From Pedobacter sp. (lineage in GTDB: Bacteria > Desulfobacterota > Desulfuromonadia > Desulfuromonadales > Syntrophotaleaceae): a stretch of 64,000 nucleotides of DNA. The position numbers and the translations under genes are program-made. Below, one piece after another: positions 61,126 through 64,000 of this stretch (its first letter is position 1; the number at the start of each line of letters is the position of its first letter). Location of the stretch: NCBI GenBank assembly GCA_050253415.1, contig JBFWJC010000005.1:128001-192000 (forward strand). Reading direction: 5' to 3'. The notes beneath the pieces are model-generated. The model worked only from the letters and a program-made list of their open reading frames with translations. It searched no databases and was not told the DNA's origin.

Positions 61126-62526
61126 CTAAATATCTCCACCAACAGATTCTCCTTGCGGTATCAGTGTCTCGCAGTTCAAATCAATGTGTGCGTTTTCTTG
61201 CATGGAAACAGATAAAGCTTTTGTGTTCTGAATCCCCAGTTCGCGAAGCCCTTCTGCACGACGAACGAGATTCCCTCTTCCGGTAGACAGTCGCTTATGC
61301 GCCTGATCATAAGCCTGGCGTGCCTTTTCCAGATGATCTCCAACCTTTTCCAGCTCAGCCACAAATCGTACAAAATGATCGTAGAGGTTGCCAGCCTGTC
61401 TTGCAATCTCCATGGCGTTGCGATTCTGGTATTCATATCGCCAGATGTTCTGGATGGTTCGTAGCGTCACCAGCAAAGTCGAAGGAGAAACGATCATAAT
61501 GTTGTGCTCGAAACACTTGCGGAATAGATTTTCATCCTCATCAAGGGCCAACATAAAAGCACCTTCGACAGGTATAAACATAAGCACAAAATCGAGACTG
61601 GTGATTTCGGGGAGCGTTTCGTACTGCTTCCCCTGCAATTCCTTGATGTGCGAATGCAGGGAAACCAGATGTTGTCTTATAGCCTGGGATTTTACTTCGT
61701 CGTCGGTAGCATTCACATACTTTTCATACGCCGTTAAAGACACTTTGGAATCAATAATAATGTCTTTATTCTCAGGCAAATGAACAATGATATCAGGTCG
61801 TAGTTGGCGACCTTGCATATCGCGATAACTGCCTTGAGCTTCGTACTCCCGCCCTTTATGCAAGCCCGACTGCTCCAGAACACGCTCAAGGATAACTTCC
61901 CCCCAATTGCCTTGTGTCTTTGATTGCCCCTTTAGTGCATTGGTAAGATTTACGGCGTCGGTTTGAATCTGCTGATTGAGATCTTGCAGCCTTATTACTT
62001 CTTGACGCAGGGAAAAACGTTCACGGGCTTCCTTCTGATAGGTATCGTCCACTTTTTTTCCGAAATCTTTGAGTTGCTCTCGAAAAGGAGTTAACAACTG
62101 GTCGAGATTTGCGCGACTCTGATCTGTGAACCTGCGACTTTTCTCCTCAAAAATACGGTTCGCAAGATTCTGAAATTCAAGACGCAACTGTTCTCTGGAC
62201 TCCTGCAGAAGTACCAGTTTTTCATTGGCCTGCTTACGCTCTTCGTTAAGCCGGGTTTCCAACTCAGCATTGCTCACTGTCGCAGCTGAAAGGGACTGTG
62301 AAATCTCCCTGCGTTCCAGCTCCGCTTCCCGCAGGCGCACATTTAACGCAGTTATCTCCTGCACACGGGCATCTAACCGTTCTTCCAGAACTAATTTTGT
62401 TGCCGATGCTTGCTGTTGCAAAGCAAGGATGTCGAGTTCTGCACGGCGCTTCATCAGGACAGAGGCTAGCAGCGCACCGAAAATCCCCCCGCCTCCAATT
62501 GAGACGAAAATAATCAACAGATCCAT
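61126..62526 (-). CDS. rmuC: DNA recombination protein RmuC
   Basis: N-terminal TM and coiled coil, QGNWGE, RPDIIVHLP, IDSKVSL, FVLMFIP. Confidence 0.94.
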   Translation of the reverse strand: MDLLIIFVSIGGGGIFGALLASVLMKRRAELDILALQQQASATKLVLEERLDARVQEITALNVRLREAELERREISQSLSAATVSNAELETRLNEERKQANEKLVLLQESREQLRLEFQNLANRIFEEKSRRFTDQSRANLDQLLTPFREQLKDFGKKVDDTYQKEARERFSLRQEVIRLQDLNQQIQTDAVNLTNALKGQSKTQGNWGEVILERVLEQSGLHKGREYEAQGSYRDMQGRQLRPDIIVHLPENKDIIIDSKVSLTAYEKYVNATDDEVKSQAIRQHLVSLHSHIKELQGKQYETLPEITSLDFVLMFIPVEGAFMLALDEDENLFRKCFEHNIMIVSPSTLLVTLRTIQNIWRYEYQNRNAMEIARQAGNLYDHFVRFVAELEKVGDHLEKARQAYDQAHKRLSTGRGNLVRRAEGLRELGIQNTKALSVSMQENAHIDLNCETLIPQGESVGGDI

Positions 62527-62622
62527 ATCAATCCATTTACCTTTTGTGCGGTTACGTGTTCATGTTGAAGCATGAAAAACCAAAAGGCTGACTCTGCAGA
62601 GTTATAAAAAAATGGCAACAGT

Positions 62623-63153
62623 TCAGTTTTGTCCATATGTATTAAAGAAAACCTTATCGTAATTAAGCGATTCCTGGGGATGAGGCCGCTTGGTTTCGTC
62701 AGGATAACCAAGGCTGATAATCGATGCCACCTCAAGGTTCTCAGGGATCTGTAACAACTGTTGAATATAGTGTTGGGCTGACGTAGTGCTGCTATGTTGG
62801 CGCAATCGAATCTGGACCCAGCAACTGCCAAGCCCCATTTCTTCGGCTGCAAGTTGAAGGATGGTGGCCGCTACGGAGCAATCCTCCACCCAGACGTCGC
62901 AACGCTCGGGATCCGCTATCAAAACCACAGCCAATGCTGCGCCTTTTAAAAAACCGGCCCCATGTTCCTTGCTGCGGCCAAGTTTAGCAAGTAAACCAGG
63001 TTCAGTCACAAATATAAACTGCCACGGATTAAGGTTTCGAGAAGAAGGGGAACGCAGCAAAGCTTCAATAAGAGTTTCGATTTTCTCTTTTTCTATGGGA
63101 CGGGGTTGGTATTTCCGGATACTGCGGCGCTTTTTTAACAAAGATAGTAGCAT
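62623..63153 (-). CDS. Nitroreductase family protein
   Basis: RRSIRKY, SPSSRN, GLGSCWVQ; AGGAGG RBS before ATG 63153. Confidence 0.9.
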   Translation of the reverse strand: MLLSLLKKRRSIRKYQPRPIEKEKIETLIEALLRSPSSRNLNPWQFIFVTEPGLLAKLGRSKEHGAGFLKGAALAVVLIADPERCDVWVEDCSVAATILQLAAEEMGLGSCWVQIRLRQHSSTTSAQHYIQQLLQIPENLEVASIISLGYPDETKRPHPQESLNYDKVFFNTYGQN

Positions 63154-63213
63154 GGCTTTTCCTCCTGTAAGAGATATCATCCAGGCTGTTTTTCTGCAGG
63201 ACAACCCTGCAGG

Positions 63214-63744
63214 TTATTGCCGCAGATAAAGATTTTTATGGATTTTATGCGTGGGCAGGGAGTCACGAGAATGCGCAGCGATAGCAGCAACGGGATAGCC
63301 AATTCCGATAATGGAGGCGACCTCAAGGTGTTCTGGCAGGTGTAAAAGCTGCCTCATTATCGCTGTGGCGGATCTACCTGATTCATGCGGACGACTACGA
63401 ATCTGGGACCAGCAACTGCCCAAACCAAGATCCTCTGCAGCAAATTGAACTATGGTAGCCGCAACGGCACAATCCTCTATCCAGACGTCGCTAATTGTAG
63501 GGTCTCCGCATATCACAACACTTAAAGGTGCCTTGGATAAAAAGCCAGCTCCTTTGGGTTTGGCGGTAGACAATAAAGCAGCAATTTTGGGATCGGTAAC
63601 TAGTATGAATTCCCAGGGATGGCGCCCTTTCGATGTTGGCGAACGTAGGAGCGCCTCGGTCAGAAGTTCTATCTTGTCACTCTCTATCTGACGTTGATCG
63701 AAGCTGCGGATGCTGCGGCGTTTTCGCAATAGGTCTATAAACAT
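63214..63744 (-). CDS. Nitroreductase family protein (tandem paralogue)
   Basis: RRSIRSF, SPTSKG, GLGSCWSQ; AGGAGG RBS. Confidence 0.9.
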   Translation of the reverse strand: MFIDLLRKRRSIRSFDQRQIESDKIELLTEALLRSPTSKGRHPWEFILVTDPKIAALLSTAKPKGAGFLSKAPLSVVICGDPTISDVWIEDCAVAATIVQFAAEDLGLGSCWSQIRSRPHESGRSATAIMRQLLHLPEHLEVASIIGIGYPVAAIAAHSRDSLPTHKIHKNLYLRQ

Positions 63745-64000
63745 ATCGAAAACCTCCTAAAACCCTTATATTTTCAATTACTTCTAAAGATTAACAGGTG
63801 CTGGCCAAGAATACAAGGGGTCGGTATGAAAGAGGCAGGATTAACAAAAATCAGAAGTTTGATGTTTCAGTAAAGTCATTTCGTTTTTATGATACAGATC
63901 AAAAAATACGACACTCTTGTCCGACAAGTGGCCACAGAGATGGCACTGGCGGACAAGTTTTTCACGTTCCTTCCGACAAATCTCACACCAATGGTAAATG

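Noticed and set aside
62623..63744. Tandem nitroreductases as a novel system
   Set aside because: An ordinary diverged paralogue pair with no other supporting signal.

Overview
Bacterial chromosome segment, most likely from a Desulfuromonadales-type deltaproteobacterium (inferred from the lepA-lepB-pyrR-pyrB-pyrC-carA-carB-greA-recG order and several sigma54 systems). It probably contains the replication terminus. Left to right: (1) 1-7.5 kb: tail of a glycan locus (methyltransferase, Wzx flippase), two GT-C-type membrane glycosyltransferases, an Aur1/Ipt1-like PAP2 enzyme and a GT2 polyprenyl-phosphate glycosyltransferase. (2) 7.6-19.6 kb: a complete Tad/Flp pilus operon with two flp genes, followed by a GtrA flippase. 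(3) 21-26.3 kb: a lexA-imuB-dnaE2 mutagenesis cassette with a perfect (GTGACAA)18 array at the dnaE2 start, a 19-bp direct repeat bracketing imuB-dnaE2, and a candidate direct-repeat LexA operator. (4) 26.5-32 kb: aldo/keto reductase, csp, metF, two secreted CX3C-rich mini-proteins and small envelope genes. (5) 32.3-39.9 kb: an OrpR/sigma54-controlled orange-protein-type cluster. (6) ~40.25 kb: a dif-like XerCD site with signs of an integrated element. (7) 40.3-64 kb: core genes including the pyr/car operon with a PyrR attenuator, lepAB, an acyl-CoA ligase, ClC, a DUF362/polyferredoxin pair, rmuC and two nitroreductases. No rRNA, tRNA, CRISPR array or transposase was seen. All calls were made by eye from motifs; no database search was run.
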